Part shown: piece by piece, positions 25,336 through 34,563 of the stretch
How positions within the stretch are numbered: the stretch's first letter is position 1
Layout of the letters: each line of letters begins with the position of its first letter
From: Clostridia bacterium
Lineage (GTDB): Bacteria > Bacillota > Clostridia > Oscillospirales > CAG-272
Length of the DNA: 64,000 nt
Assembly (NCBI GenBank): GCA_017454675.1
Contig: JAFTCN010000010.1
Coordinates: forward strand, 6,195-70,194
Direction: 5' to 3'
The notes under the pieces: model-generated
Told to the model about the DNA's origin: nothing
The model's input: the letters and a program-made list of their open reading frames with translations, nothing else
Database searches by the model: none
Program-made: the position numbers and the translations under genes

Positions 25336-27732
25336 TTATTTCAGTTCGACGACCGTGACTCCGGTGTCGCCCTCCCCGTACTGTCCGGCTCTGAAGGACG
25401 AGACTCTCGGGTCGGACGACAGCCGTCCCCTGATCGCGGCGCGCAGGGCGCCGGTGCCCTTGCCGTGGATAACCGTTACGCTGCGAAGGCCGGCGAACAC
25501 GGCGCTGTCGAGGTATCGGTCGGTCTCGGTCCAGCCCTCGTCTGCGGTCATTCCGCGGATGTCGAGCTCGGGCGGGCATTTTTTTGACACCGCGGCTGCG
25601 GTGTATTCTTTAGCCGTGACCTTTTTACCGTCCGACGGGTCGGTGACCGTCACGACGTCCTCGGCAAGCTTGAGGTTGCTCAGCACGGTCTTGGTCCGGA
25701 TCCCTCCGACAGAGACCCGGACGCCGCCGTTCCTGTCGGGATCCGACAGCAGCACGCCTTCTTTGCCTATGTTCATGAGCCACACGCGGTCGCCCTTGTG
25801 AAGCTCGCGCGGAAGCACGTAATCGGGATCTGCCTCGGCAAGGCCCGAATCGAACAGCCCTCCGTCGGCCTCGGCTCTGGCCCTGACGGCCTTTCTCGCG
25901 GCCTCGAGCTCGGCGCCGAAATTCTCCCTGTCCTTTGCCTTTTTCGCCTTTTCCAGCTCGGCGAATACGTATTCGCTGGATATTCTGGCGCCCTCTATCA
26001 TCTCGGTGGCTTTTTTTCTCGCCCGCTCGAGCTCGCGCTCTGCGGCGGCGAGCTTCTCCGACGCGCGCCTTTCGGATTCCAGCTTTGCCCTTCTGCTCTC
26101 TTCAAGGAGCTCCTCGGCCTCAGCCTTCGCCCTCTCGTAAGCCTCCCTGTCGGTCTCGAGGCGCTCGATGACGTCCTCGAAGCGGCGGTTCTCGTCCGAG
26201 ATCTCGCCCGACGCCCGGTCGAGTATCCGCTTCGGCAGGCCGAGCCGCTCGGAGATCGCGAGGGCGCATGAGCGCCCCGGCGCGCCGATGATCAGGCGGT
26301 ATGTCGGACGCAGCGAGTCGACGTCGAACTCGCACGAGGCATTCTGAACGCCGGGCGTGCAGAGCGCGTACGACTTGAGCTCGGCGTAGTGCGTCGTCGC
26401 GGCGCAGAGCGCGCCGGCAGACCTCACCTCGCCGATTATGGCGATCGCCAGCGCCGCCCCCTCTATCGGGTCGGTGCCGACTCCCAGCTCGTCGAACAGC
26501 ACGAGCGAATCGGGAGTCAGATCGTTCACTATCGAAACTATGTTGACCATATGCGCGGAAAATGTCGAGAGCGAGTGCTCGATCGACTGGTCGTCTCCGA
26601 GGTCCACGAGTATCCGGTCGAAGACGCACATCCGCGAGCCCTCCGCGACGGGTATGTGCAGGCCCGACTGAGCCATAGCCGCGAAAAGCCCGAGAGTCTT
26701 GAGCGAGACTGTCTTTCCGCCCGTGTTGGGCCCGGTGATGATGAGGGTGTCGGCCTCGCCTCCGAGTTTGATGTTGACGGGCACAACGGTCGCGGCAGGT
26801 ATGAGCGGATGCCTCGCGCCGTAAAACTCCAGCGTCCTCTCCTTCTTCAGGATGACGGGCGCCCTTCCTTCGTACGACGCCGAAAATGAAGCGCAGGCGA
26901 AGACCAGCGCGAGCTCGTCGGTGTTCTCGAGGTCGTAGCGCAGCTTTGCCGCGGCGTCCGCGACGCCCGCCGAGAGCTGTCTCATGACGCTCTCCACCTC
27001 GTATCGCTCCTTCGCCTCGTAGGTGTGGAGCTCGTTGTTGGCCTCGACGACAGCCATCGGCTCGATGAAATATGTCGCGCCGGACGACGATGTGTCGTGG
27101 ACCAGGCCCTTTATCTCGTTCTTGTACTCGACCTTCACGGGCACGACGTACCTGCCGTTGCGCATCGTCACGATGCTCTCCTGCAGGTATTTTGAATAGT
27201 CGCCTCCGGTGTATTTAGCCAGCAGCTCGCGGATCCTCACCGTGATGAGGCGTATCTTACGCCTTATGTCTCCGAGGGCGGGAGAGGCGTCGTCAGCCAC
27301 CCTGTCCTCCGAGATTATCGAGGAAAAGATCCTGTCCTCGAGCGGGCGGTCGGGCAGCAGGCGCGAGAATATGTCGTCGAGGACGGTCTCGTATCTGCGC
27401 TCGGTCTTTCCGTAGGAGACGAGTCCCCTGACGGTGCGCAGCAGGTTCGCCGCGTCGAGCAGCTCTGACGCCGAGAGCATCGCCCCCTTTTCGGCGCGGT
27501 CTATCGCCTCGGATATGTCCCTCACCCCGCCGAACGGCGGCATGCCCTTGTCGCGCAGGAGCATCGACGCGTCGGTGGTGCGACGGAGCAGCGCCTCGAC
27601 TCTGTCCGGATCGTCTTCCGGCATCAGAGCCAGTGCGGCGCGCTTCGAGCCCTCTGTGGCGGCGCGTTCGGCCAGCATCTGCTTTATTTTGTCAAATTCC
27701 AGCAGTTTTTCTGTTTTTTCGGTTATGATCAT
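25336..27732 (-). CDS. mutS2: endonuclease MutS2 (MutS domain plus C-terminal Smr domain)
   Basis: Walker A ITGPNTGGKTV, LVLFDELGVGTDP, a coiled-coil middle region, and a C-terminal Smr domain (LDIRGMTADEG..VTVIHGKGTGALR). ATG at 27732. Confidence 0.92.
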   Translation of the reverse strand: MIITEKTEKLLEFDKIKQMLAERAATEGSKRAALALMPEDDPDRVEALLRRTTDASMLLRDKGMPPFGGVRDISEAIDRAEKGAMLSASELLDAANLLRTVRGLVSYGKTERRYETVLDDIFSRLLPDRPLEDRIFSSIISEDRVADDASPALGDIRRKIRLITVRIRELLAKYTGGDYSKYLQESIVTMRNGRYVVPVKVEYKNEIKGLVHDTSSSGATYFIEPMAVVEANNELHTYEAKERYEVESVMRQLSAGVADAAAKLRYDLENTDELALVFACASFSASYEGRAPVILKKERTLEFYGARHPLIPAATVVPVNIKLGGEADTLIITGPNTGGKTVSLKTLGLFAAMAQSGLHIPVAEGSRMCVFDRILVDLGDDQSIEHSLSTFSAHMVNIVSIVNDLTPDSLVLFDELGVGTDPIEGAALAIAIIGEVRSAGALCAATTHYAELKSYALCTPGVQNASCEFDVDSLRPTYRLIIGAPGRSCALAISERLGLPKRILDRASGEISDENRRFEDVIERLETDREAYERAKAEAEELLEESRRAKLESERRASEKLAAAERELERARKKATEMIEGARISSEYVFAELEKAKKAKDRENFGAELEAARKAVRARAEADGGLFDSGLAEADPDYVLPRELHKGDRVWLMNIGKEGVLLSDPDRNGGVRVSVGGIRTKTVLSNLKLAEDVVTVTDPSDGKKVTAKEYTAAAVSKKCPPELDIRGMTADEGWTETDRYLDSAVFAGLRSVTVIHGKGTGALRAAIRGRLSSDPRVSSFRAGQYGEGDTGVTVVELK

Positions 27733-27781
27733 ATCGGTGTCCGTCGGTCCGACGGCCTTCCTTTCGGGTCTTGATTGTCGG

Positions 27782-28594
27782 TCACTGCCGCAGCTCGTGA
27801 TAGCATTTGAGCGACGAAAAACCGCGCTCAAGGTGCGACAGCAGGTAAATCTCGGCGGCGCGCGAAAACTGCGCCGTGTCGGACGGGTCGCGCAGCTCGA
27901 ACGCCAGCATCCGCTGCTCGGGTGCCGTCAGGGCGTATCTCACTGCGGCAAGAGCGGGGGCAGAAAGCGGGACCCGCAGGATCCTCGTGCCGAACGGGTC
28001 GACGTCTGACGCGTCTGCGGAGCCGTTTTTCCCCATGCAACGGTGGCATATCAGCCGTCCGTTCATGACGTCGAGCACGGCGCCGTCGCCGCATTCGGCG
28101 CCGCACAGACCGCATCCCGAGACGTCGGGCTCGTATCCGCCGGCTGCGGCCGCGCGAAGCTCGAAGACGGCTTTTATCAGCAGGTCGGGCTTCAGCCCCC
28201 GCGAGACGGCGTGCAGGGAGTTGAGAGTAAGCCGGAGGAGTTCTGTCGCTTCGGCCCCGGGCCCTGTGAGTTCATAGACGACGTCGCAGAAATACTGCGC
28301 GAGGTATGTCTTCACGATGTCACGTCCGATCTCCCTGAAGGTCTCGCTCACCTGCGCCTCCTTCAGCCAGCAGAGCTCGCCTCCGCCCTTTTCCGCGGCG
28401 GTCTTTGCCCTTATCTCGTAATTACCGTATACGAACGGCGCGCAGGCGGGCATGTATCTGCTCTTGAGCGACCTTGCGCCTTTCGCCATCACGTTAATCC
28501 TTCCCCGCCCGGCGGTCAGCAGCGTTATCAGCCTGTCGCTGTCCCCCGAAGGGAGCGTCCTTATCACAAGGGCGTCGGTGTTGAAATCGTTCAT
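27782..28594 (-). CDS. recO: DNA repair protein RecO
   Basis: The N-terminal OB region is TDALVIRTLPSGDSDRLITLLTAGRGRINVMAKGARS. A Cys-rich zinc motif C..C..C..C is present. Located downstream of era. Confidence 0.88.
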   Translation of the reverse strand: MNDFNTDALVIRTLPSGDSDRLITLLTAGRGRINVMAKGARSLKSRYMPACAPFVYGNYEIRAKTAAEKGGGELCWLKEAQVSETFREIGRDIVKTYLAQYFCDVVYELTGPGAEATELLRLTLNSLHAVSRGLKPDLLIKAVFELRAAAAGGYEPDVSGCGLCGAECGDGAVLDVMNGRLICHRCMGKNGSADASDVDPFGTRILRVPLSAPALAAVRYALTAPEQRMLAFELRDPSDTAQFSRAAEIYLLSHLERGFSSLKCYHELRQ

Positions 28595-28615
28595 TTGTTC
28601 TCCAGGCGGGCGGAA

Positions 28616-29518
28616 CTACTCTTCGATGTTCTTTTTGTCGTATCCGAGGCGCCGCACCGCCGACTCGCTGTCGCGCCAGTTCTCCTTCACCCTGACCCAG
28701 AGATCGATATAGACCGGACCGCCGGTCATCTTTTCGAGCTCCTCGCGGGTGTATGTCCCGACCTTTTTTATGACTTCGCCGCCGCTGCCGATGATGATCC
28801 GCTTGTGCGATTCCTTCTCGCAGATGATCTCGGCCCTGATGTACGTTTTCCCGGTGCGGCCGTCGGCTCTGTACTCCTCGACCGACACCGCTATCCCGTG
28901 CGGGACCTCGCGGTCGAGCAGACGGAGCAGTTTTTCGCGTATCAGCTCGGCGGCGTAGGTGCTCATCGGCTGGTCGGTGATCTCGTCCTCGGGATAGAAC
29001 CATTCCGATTCGCGGAGAAAATGCGACAGCTCGTCTGTCACCTCATTCAGATACGCGCCGTTTTTCGCGCACACGGGCACTACGGCGTCGAAGGAGTGGA
29101 GCGCGGCGTAGGCGGCGATCGTCCCGGCCACCGTCTCCCTGCTTGCGGTGTCGGTCTTGTTGAGCACCAGCACCGACGGCGTACCGCTCTTCTTCAGATA
29201 TTCGATGACGTCCTTCTCGGTGCCGGAGGGCGGACGCGTGACGTCGGCCACGAGCAGCACGACGTCCCCGCTCTGCATGCCGCTCTCAGCCGCTGCCTCC
29301 ATATAGTCTCCCAGGCGGTTTCTTGCCTTGTGGAGTCCCGGAGTATCGAGGAAGACGTACTGGTCCTCCCCTCTGGTATATATTCCCCTGACGCAACCCC
29401 GGGTAGTCTGGGGCTTGCCGGAGACGATCGAGACCTTGCGTCCCATTATGCGGTTGAGGAGCGTCGACTTGCCGACGTTCGGTCTTCCGACTATCGATAC
29501 GAAAACTGTTCTCTTCAT
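28616..29518 (-). CDS. era: GTPase Era
   Basis: G1 motif VGRPNVGKSTLLN, G3 motif DTPG, NKTD, and a C-terminal KH domain. Confidence 0.93.
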   Translation of the reverse strand: MKRTVFVSIVGRPNVGKSTLLNRIMGRKVSIVSGKPQTTRGCVRGIYTRGEDQYVFLDTPGLHKARNRLGDYMEAAAESGMQSGDVVLLVADVTRPPSGTEKDVIEYLKKSGTPSVLVLNKTDTASRETVAGTIAAYAALHSFDAVVPVCAKNGAYLNEVTDELSHFLRESEWFYPEDEITDQPMSTYAAELIREKLLRLLDREVPHGIAVSVEEYRADGRTGKTYIRAEIICEKESHKRIIIGSGGEVIKKVGTYTREELEKMTGGPVYIDLWVRVKENWRDSESAVRRLGYDKKNIEE

Positions 29519-29588
29519 CCTGACGTGTTTTCCCGTTCTTTTTCCGCCGTTTCATGCCGGGCGGTTACTCATTATTATCCAACTTTAT

Positions 29589-29617
29589 ATTTTATCATAT
29601 ACGGGCGTCTTTGTCAA
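29589..29617 (-). promoter_or_regulatory. sigma-70-type promoter (TTGACA-N17-TAAAAT) for era-recO
   Basis: On the minus strand: TTGACA (29617-29612), a 17-nt spacer, then TAAAAT (29594-29589). Confidence 0.5.
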
Positions 29618-29682
29618 CCGATGTGACCGCTTTTCAGAACAGGGTCACGTTATTATTGCGGCGGCTGTGGGCAGCGCGCCCT

Positions 29683-29763
29683 GAAATCGATAACGAGTAG
29701 CCCCTCTCACACCACCGTACGTGCCGTTCGGCATACGGCGGTTCAACTCAAGTAATAATCCAA
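29683..29763 (-). mobile_element. group II intron (class C-like) 3'-terminal fragment, copy 2 (domain VI 3' strand deleted)
   Basis: Positions 29691-29763 are identical to 21007-21079. The shared flank TCGATTTC is retained, but the 8 nt GCCCCTGC present in copy 1 are missing. The fragment lies about 33 nt downstream of an intrinsic terminator on the minus strand. Confidence 0.5.
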
Positions 29764-29795
29764 ACAGCTTAGACCGACGGCATGCCCGTCGTACC

Positions 29796-29829
29796 CAAAA
29801 AGCGGGCGGAAGCTTTACGCTCCCGCCCG
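29796..29829 (-). terminator. intrinsic terminator of the EEP/GLUG lipoprotein gene
   Basis: On the minus strand: GGGCGGGAGC-GTAAA-GCTTCCGCCC, followed by GCTTTTT. Confidence 0.65.
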
Positions 29830-29971
29830 AAAACAGGTGGAGATGGGGAGATCAGTCGCATCGCTCGTGATTCGCATTTTTTCGCTGCCCTCGTCTGCGA
29901 ATGTGAACCCATGCCCCTGGGTTGTTTTAAGGATTCAATTCAGTGATACTATTCAAGCGGAATGGGTTCCT

Positions 29972-32653
29972 TCAGCCGATCCTCGCGCGGAGCTTTTCGG
30001 CAGCTTCGGCTGCCGACGCCTCCGTCGCGTTCGCTACGTTGTCGATCAGGGTGTTTTTGTTGTATCCGTAAAGCGCTCCCACCGTCAGGCAGTTTTTGCA
30101 TACGACAGCGCCCCCGTCCGAGGACAGATTGAAAACTCCGAATATCCCTCCGGCCCGGACGCCGGCGGGGGCGGATCCGACTATCTTTCTGTATGTATTT
30201 ACGCAGCCGTCGACGGTAAAGTTCTTTTTGGAACAGTATCCGACTATCCCTCCGCCGTAGGCGAGTTTCGTACCCGACGACACACGCGCCTCGACGCCCC
30301 CGGTGTTGAGGCATTCGGAGACCGTCATGTCGATCGTATCGCCGGACGAGTATCCGAGTCCGGCGATACCTCCCGAATAGGCGGTGCCGGCAGCTGACGC
30401 CGATTTCACCGCTCCCCGGTTCTCGCAAAGCCTGACCGACGACCGGGCGACCTCGGAATAAGCCGCGATACCTGCGATCCCTCCCGCGTAGACCGTCCCT
30501 TCGCTGCTCCCGGTCACGTTACCGGAATTAATGCACCTGTCGATCTCCGCTGCCGAGACCTGCCCGCAGATCCCGCCGCACCTGGATGCCCTGACGGTCG
30601 ACAGATCGACGTCGCCCCTGTTTTCGCACCCGAGGAAGGAGACGTTGGAAGCGAATCCGGCTATACCGCCGACACGCGGCTCGGACATGTCGGAAACTCC
30701 CTGGGCGGCGACGGTGATCTTCACGTCGCAGATCACCGATTCGACGACAGTTTTTCCGACGGATGAGACGGCAGACCCGATATTCCCCGCAAGTCCGCCG
30801 ACTCTGGCGTTCAGAGCTGGTCCGTACAGGCTGATCTCTCCGCTGACGGTCAGATCTTTGATACCGCATGAAATGCCGGGAAGCGCCGTTATCGAGCCGA
30901 AGAGACCGCAGAGATCGTATTTTCCTTCGATCGAAAGCCCGCTGACGGTATGGCCCTTTCCGTCGTATATACCCGAGAACGGATATCCTGCGCCGCCTAT
31001 CGGTTTCCATCCGGCGCCCGACAGATCGATATCCGCAGTCTGTTCAAACCGCTTTCCTCCGCAGGTGCTGACCGAACGGATCTCGTCGCGGAGATACCGC
31101 AGAGCGGCGGCGTCCCCGATCAGATAAGGATCCTTCGCCGTGCCCGAACCGCTGAATACCTCTGAATAAACGCTGCCGGCCTTTTCCTCCGGATTTATAT
31201 CCTTCGAAGCCGTCGTGTACCCGGGAGCGGCTATCGCTTTATCAGCGGAGGTTTTGGTCTTTCCTATAAAGGCGTCGATGAATATCGGGCAGTGATCGGA
31301 TGAATCTATCGCCTCGCCGTCGATCACGGTAGTGTAGTATTTTATCTCCGCGTCAGGAGTGCATACGATATGGTCTATGCAGACTGAACCGTCGGAGGAG
31401 CCGGACAGCATCTTACCGACGGTGTGGGTGCTCTTCCCCCCTCTTTCCGCCAGACCCGCCGCAAGGGCGGCAAGTTTCGAGTCCTTCATCCCTGTGGCCG
31501 CAAGGAAGCCGGTGAATTCAGCTGTGGTCTCGCTTCTGTTGTAGTCTCCGCAGGCGAAAACCGGCAGCCCGTATTTCGAGATGAGGCCCGACGTCAGTAC
31601 GCCGTTCTCCTTTGCCTGGAGCACTCTTTCGTCCGGATGAGAGTTAATATCCCAGTGAGTGGAGGTCACGATATACTCCTGTCCGTCGGAAATCCTGCGC
31701 AGACGCGCCCATGTCAGATTGCGCAGCTGACTGTTGGTCGCGGCGGCATAGACCGTCGTCCCGTAACCGAGCAGTTCCGCCGTCGAGGTATTGTAAATGA
31801 CAGTGGAATAACTCGGCCCGGCGCCCGGGATGTCGTCGGGAATGAAAGCGTAACTTCCTCCGAGGAGCGAATCGAGCGACTCGTGCCACGCCTCGCTGAC
31901 CTCCTCAAGCCCGGCTGCGTCGGGACGGTATGCCGAAATCACCGACGCCACCTTCCGGGCTCTCTCGGTCAGAGGCAGGCGGTCGTTGTAATTCTCGTGG
32001 AGGATATTGAATGACATGATCCGGATATCCGACCCGGGCGTGCGGCTCGTCCTGCTCCCCGGCTTGCCCGACAAGAGCTCGCCGCCGCCTGCCGTTCCGG
32101 AAAGCGAAAAACCCGCGGGCAGGACGGCAAAACCGGTCCCCCGCTCTTTTATTTCGGCGGCAAGACGTCGCGCCGCGTATTCGATAAGCAGAGGCGTGGC
32201 ACCTGTGACCGTCATCCTGCCGCCGTCGGTCGAAACGCCGTACCCTACGTCATCGGTATACAGTCCCGACGAATCCCTTTCCCTGACAGATATCTCGTCA
32301 GGGCCGGTAAAAGCGGGATCGGGGATCAGCCGCAGCGATACTCCGCAGTATTTAAAAAGAGCCTCCGCGATGATATGGGCGGCTCCGACAGAGCAGGGGG
32401 AGTCCTCGTCGAAAACTATCTTATACGAGGAGATCGGCGCGTTTCCGAGAAAAACGGATGACGGATCGGGCGACACCGGAGTCGTTCCCTCAGTTCCGGA
32501 CGCCGGGACTTCGGTCCCGTCATACCCGGTGGCCGGCACAGGCCCGACGCCCCCGTTTTCACATCCGAACAGCGAGACCGCGCAGACGAGCGCGAGGACG
32601 AGCGACGAAGCGCGTCCAGCGAGTGTAAATATCGTGTTTTTCATATTTTTCAC
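29972..32653 (-). CDS. large surface lipoprotein: endonuclease/exonuclease/phosphatase (EEP) domain plus C-terminal GLUG-motif repeats
   Basis: Lipobox LVCAVSLFGC. EEP blocks IRIMSFNILHEN and SDHCPIFIDA. Seven G-G-[IL]-x-G repeats: VGGLAGN, VGGIAGF, CGGICGQ, AGGIAGI, SGGIAGL, GGGIVGY, AGGIFGV. Confidence 0.8.
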   Translation of the reverse strand: MKNMKNTIFTLAGRASSLVLALVCAVSLFGCENGGVGPVPATGYDGTEVPASGTEGTTPVSPDPSSVFLGNAPISSYKIVFDEDSPCSVGAAHIIAEALFKYCGVSLRLIPDPAFTGPDEISVRERDSSGLYTDDVGYGVSTDGGRMTVTGATPLLIEYAARRLAAEIKERGTGFAVLPAGFSLSGTAGGGELLSGKPGSRTSRTPGSDIRIMSFNILHENYNDRLPLTERARKVASVISAYRPDAAGLEEVSEAWHESLDSLLGGSYAFIPDDIPGAGPSYSTVIYNTSTAELLGYGTTVYAAATNSQLRNLTWARLRRISDGQEYIVTSTHWDINSHPDERVLQAKENGVLTSGLISKYGLPVFACGDYNRSETTAEFTGFLAATGMKDSKLAALAAGLAERGGKSTHTVGKMLSGSSDGSVCIDHIVCTPDAEIKYYTTVIDGEAIDSSDHCPIFIDAFIGKTKTSADKAIAAPGYTTASKDINPEEKAGSVYSEVFSGSGTAKDPYLIGDAAALRYLRDEIRSVSTCGGKRFEQTADIDLSGAGWKPIGGAGYPFSGIYDGKGHTVSGLSIEGKYDLCGLFGSITALPGISCGIKDLTVSGEISLYGPALNARVGGLAGNIGSAVSSVGKTVVESVICDVKITVAAQGVSDMSEPRVGGIAGFASNVSFLGCENRGDVDLSTVRASRCGGICGQVSAAEIDRCINSGNVTGSSEGTVYAGGIAGIAAYSEVARSSVRLCENRGAVKSASAAGTAYSGGIAGLGYSSGDTIDMTVSECLNTGGVEARVSSGTKLAYGGGIVGYCSKKNFTVDGCVNTYRKIVGSAPAGVRAGGIFGVFNLSSDGGAVVCKNCLTVGALYGYNKNTLIDNVANATEASAAEAAEKLRARIG

Positions 32654-32709
32654 CGTCAGACCGGATCTATCAGCTTACCGGAGAAGAAATTCAAAATCCT
32701 TTGGCTGTT

Positions 32710-32738
32710 ATTATAACAAATGCGGGATGGATTGTCAA
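32710..32738 (-). promoter_or_regulatory. sigma-70-type promoter (TTGACA-N17-TATAAT) for the EEP/GLUG gene
   Basis: On the minus strand: TTGACA (32738-32733), a 17-nt spacer, then TATAAT (32715-32710). Confidence 0.55.
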
Positions 32739-32857
32739 GCGCGTGTCCGCAGAACAACTCCCGTTCCTTCAGCCTTTCTCTGTCTGTTTTTCCGCAGACC
32801 GGGAGCCCGGTTTTCGGGGTCAAAGACCGCCTGTAAGCTTTTTCGGCACCTCACAGT

Positions 32858-33877
32858 TCAGTCAAGCGGTATATACAGCGAGTATCCGTTGCCGCGGACG
32901 CCGTCGGTGACGGGGATGAAATAACACCTGGCGTAGAGCCTCACGAGTTCCTTAATCACATGTTTCTGTTCGATCACATATTCCGCCCCCGGGTCTTTCA
33001 TGCTGTTTTTAATGATCCCCATGATCTTTTCGTCGCTGAAATCCGACGGCAGCTCGTCGGGTTCGACGCGCAGGGAGAGAGCCGTGACACCGAAACCGAT
33101 GATATCACCCTTTCCGCCCACATACACGTGGCCCGATCCGCCGAGCTGCCATCCGTCGACAGTCTCATTGTGAAAAAAGACAGTATATACCTGCCCCCAG
33201 CCCTTGATGTCGCGTTCGTCCGGGAAATAATCAAGTACCGGTTCGCCAGCGGCGAGCCGCTTTCCCTTTTCGCCCAGAATCTCCTCAATAACTCTTTTCG
33301 CTGTTTCGGAGGCTTCTTCCGGGGTGATTATGTCGCAGTTCATTCCGGCGGCCATTTCAGGAAACATCTTGATATTCCTGTGAAATTCTTCGACTGCTCC
33401 CGTCTTTGCAGAGACTCTGAAGGATCCGGGGTATAACGTACCGCCGGAACGGTCGGCATTCTTTACATAATACTGATCGTAATAACTGTTATATGTGTAG
33501 CTTGTGACTTCGATCTTCTCGCCGAGGAGATCGACCGTCATTTTCTTCCCTTCCGGCAGCGATTCTTCATTTCTCTTTGTCTCTCCGGTCCGGCGGCGAA
33601 GCTTGTCGCTGAATTTCGAGATATCAGACCATCCCGAAAGATCGATCGGATAATCCCCCAGGACTTCCGGCTTTACGTAATACAGACTGTATCTGTCGCC
33701 GCGGATGAGAGCCGGGATAAGAAGGGCTGCTGCGATGACGGCGGCCGCCGCGGCTGCGGCGACGGCGATCCGCCTGAGTGTCCTTCGCCGGGGTTTCCGG
33801 TATCTGTCCGCCGCCTCGACTAGACCTCCTTCGATCTCGCCTACCGCGAGAGCTATGTCAAGTCCGGTCAGATTCAT
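32858..33877 (-). CDS. putative anti-sigma factor / single-pass membrane protein
   Basis: Its start overlaps the stop of the upstream ECF sigma gene by 4 nt. It has a short cytoplasmic N-terminus, one TM segment (IAVAAAAAAAVIAAALLIPALI) and a roughly 270-aa external domain of unknown family. The function is inferred from context only. Confidence 0.55.
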   Translation of the reverse strand: MNLTGLDIALAVGEIEGGLVEAADRYRKPRRRTLRRIAVAAAAAAAVIAAALLIPALIRGDRYSLYYVKPEVLGDYPIDLSGWSDISKFSDKLRRRTGETKRNEESLPEGKKMTVDLLGEKIEVTSYTYNSYYDQYYVKNADRSGGTLYPGSFRVSAKTGAVEEFHRNIKMFPEMAAGMNCDIITPEEASETAKRVIEEILGEKGKRLAAGEPVLDYFPDERDIKGWGQVYTVFFHNETVDGWQLGGSGHVYVGGKGDIIGFGVTALSLRVEPDELPSDFSDEKIMGIIKNSMKDPGAEYVIEQKHVIKELVRLYARCYFIPVTDGVRGNGYSLYIPLD

Positions 33878-34425
33878 ATCTCCACACCTTCCTTTCTCAG
33901 ATAATCCCTGAGTCTGTCCCTTGTCCGCTTGAGCGAAACGGTGACCTTGCTTTTTGTGAAGCCGTATCTGGCGCTGATCTCGGACACCGGGTCAAAATAC
34001 CAGTATCTGCGGATGAAGATATTCCTGTCATCCTCTCTCTGCGCCCTGAGGAAGGCAGACAGCAGTTCCGACAGCCCTGCGCCGCCGTCCGCGTCAGAGT
34101 CTTTGCAGGATATCTCCCCGAGCTCCTCAAGGGCGACGATCGCCTCGGGCGGCACCCGTTTTATTGCCGTCCGCTCCCTGAGCCTGCTTATCGCCAGCCT
34201 TCTTGCGATCTTTCCCAGATATGTCCGGAGGTTCCCGGGGCTGCCGGGAGGGATACTGTTCCAGGCGGCAAGGAGGGCGTCGTTCAGACACTCCTCAGCG
34301 TCACATGGATCTCCCAGAATATTGCCGGCGACAGATAGACAGTATCCGCCGTATTTGCTTTTGGCCTCGCTTATGGCTCTTTCGTCTCTGTCGTTGAACA
34401 GGCCGACGATCTCGCTGTCCTGCAT
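33874..34425 (-). CDS. RNA polymerase sigma-70 factor, ECF subfamily
   Basis: Region 2 is DAEECLNDALLAAW. Region 4 is FIRRYWYFDPVSEISARYGFTKSKVTVSLKRTRDRLRDYL. Confidence 0.9.
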   Translation of the reverse strand: MQDSEIVGLFNDRDERAISEAKSKYGGYCLSVAGNILGDPCDAEECLNDALLAAWNSIPPGSPGNLRTYLGKIARRLAISRLRERTAIKRVPPEAIVALEELGEISCKDSDADGGAGLSELLSAFLRAQREDDRNIFIRRYWYFDPVSEISARYGFTKSKVTVSLKRTRDRLRDYLRKEGVEI

Positions 34426-34521
34426 GCGTCTGCTCCTTTCATGGAAGATACGCCTTCACTTATATACTCGCAAAAACCGGGCGGCTGATTACACCCGGAC
34501 TGTTTTTTCAGATCCCGGCAA

Positions 34522-34554
34522 GAAGCCCGCCGCGCGGTCAGCGCGGCGGGCTTC
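34522..34554 (-). terminator. strong hairpin after the amino-acid ABC operon
   Basis: GAAGCCCGCCGCGC and GCGCGGCGGGCTTC form a 14-bp perfect stem. A second hairpin with a U-tract follows at about 34470-34510. Confidence 0.6.
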
Positions 34555-34563
34555 TCCGATCAT

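Noticed and set aside
23777-25579. 600-aa version of the kinase ORF, and likewise the 831-aa version of mutS2 (25336..27831).
   Set aside because: The N-terminal extensions are Arg/Pro-rich, lack an RBS and overlap the upstream gene. Internal ATGs at 25300 and 27732 have proper RBS sequences and canonical N-termini.
28043-29626. 527-aa plus-strand ORF opposite recO and era.
   Set aside because: It is antisense to two well-supported genes and crosses their intergenic gap.
20991-29763. The possibility that the 73-nt perfect repeat marks a CRISPR array or the inverted repeats of a composite transposon.
   Set aside because: Only two copies exist, 8.7 kb apart and in direct orientation. Between them lie core genes (prs-like, rhaB, mutS2, recO, era). 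There is no spacer-repeat periodicity and no transposase.
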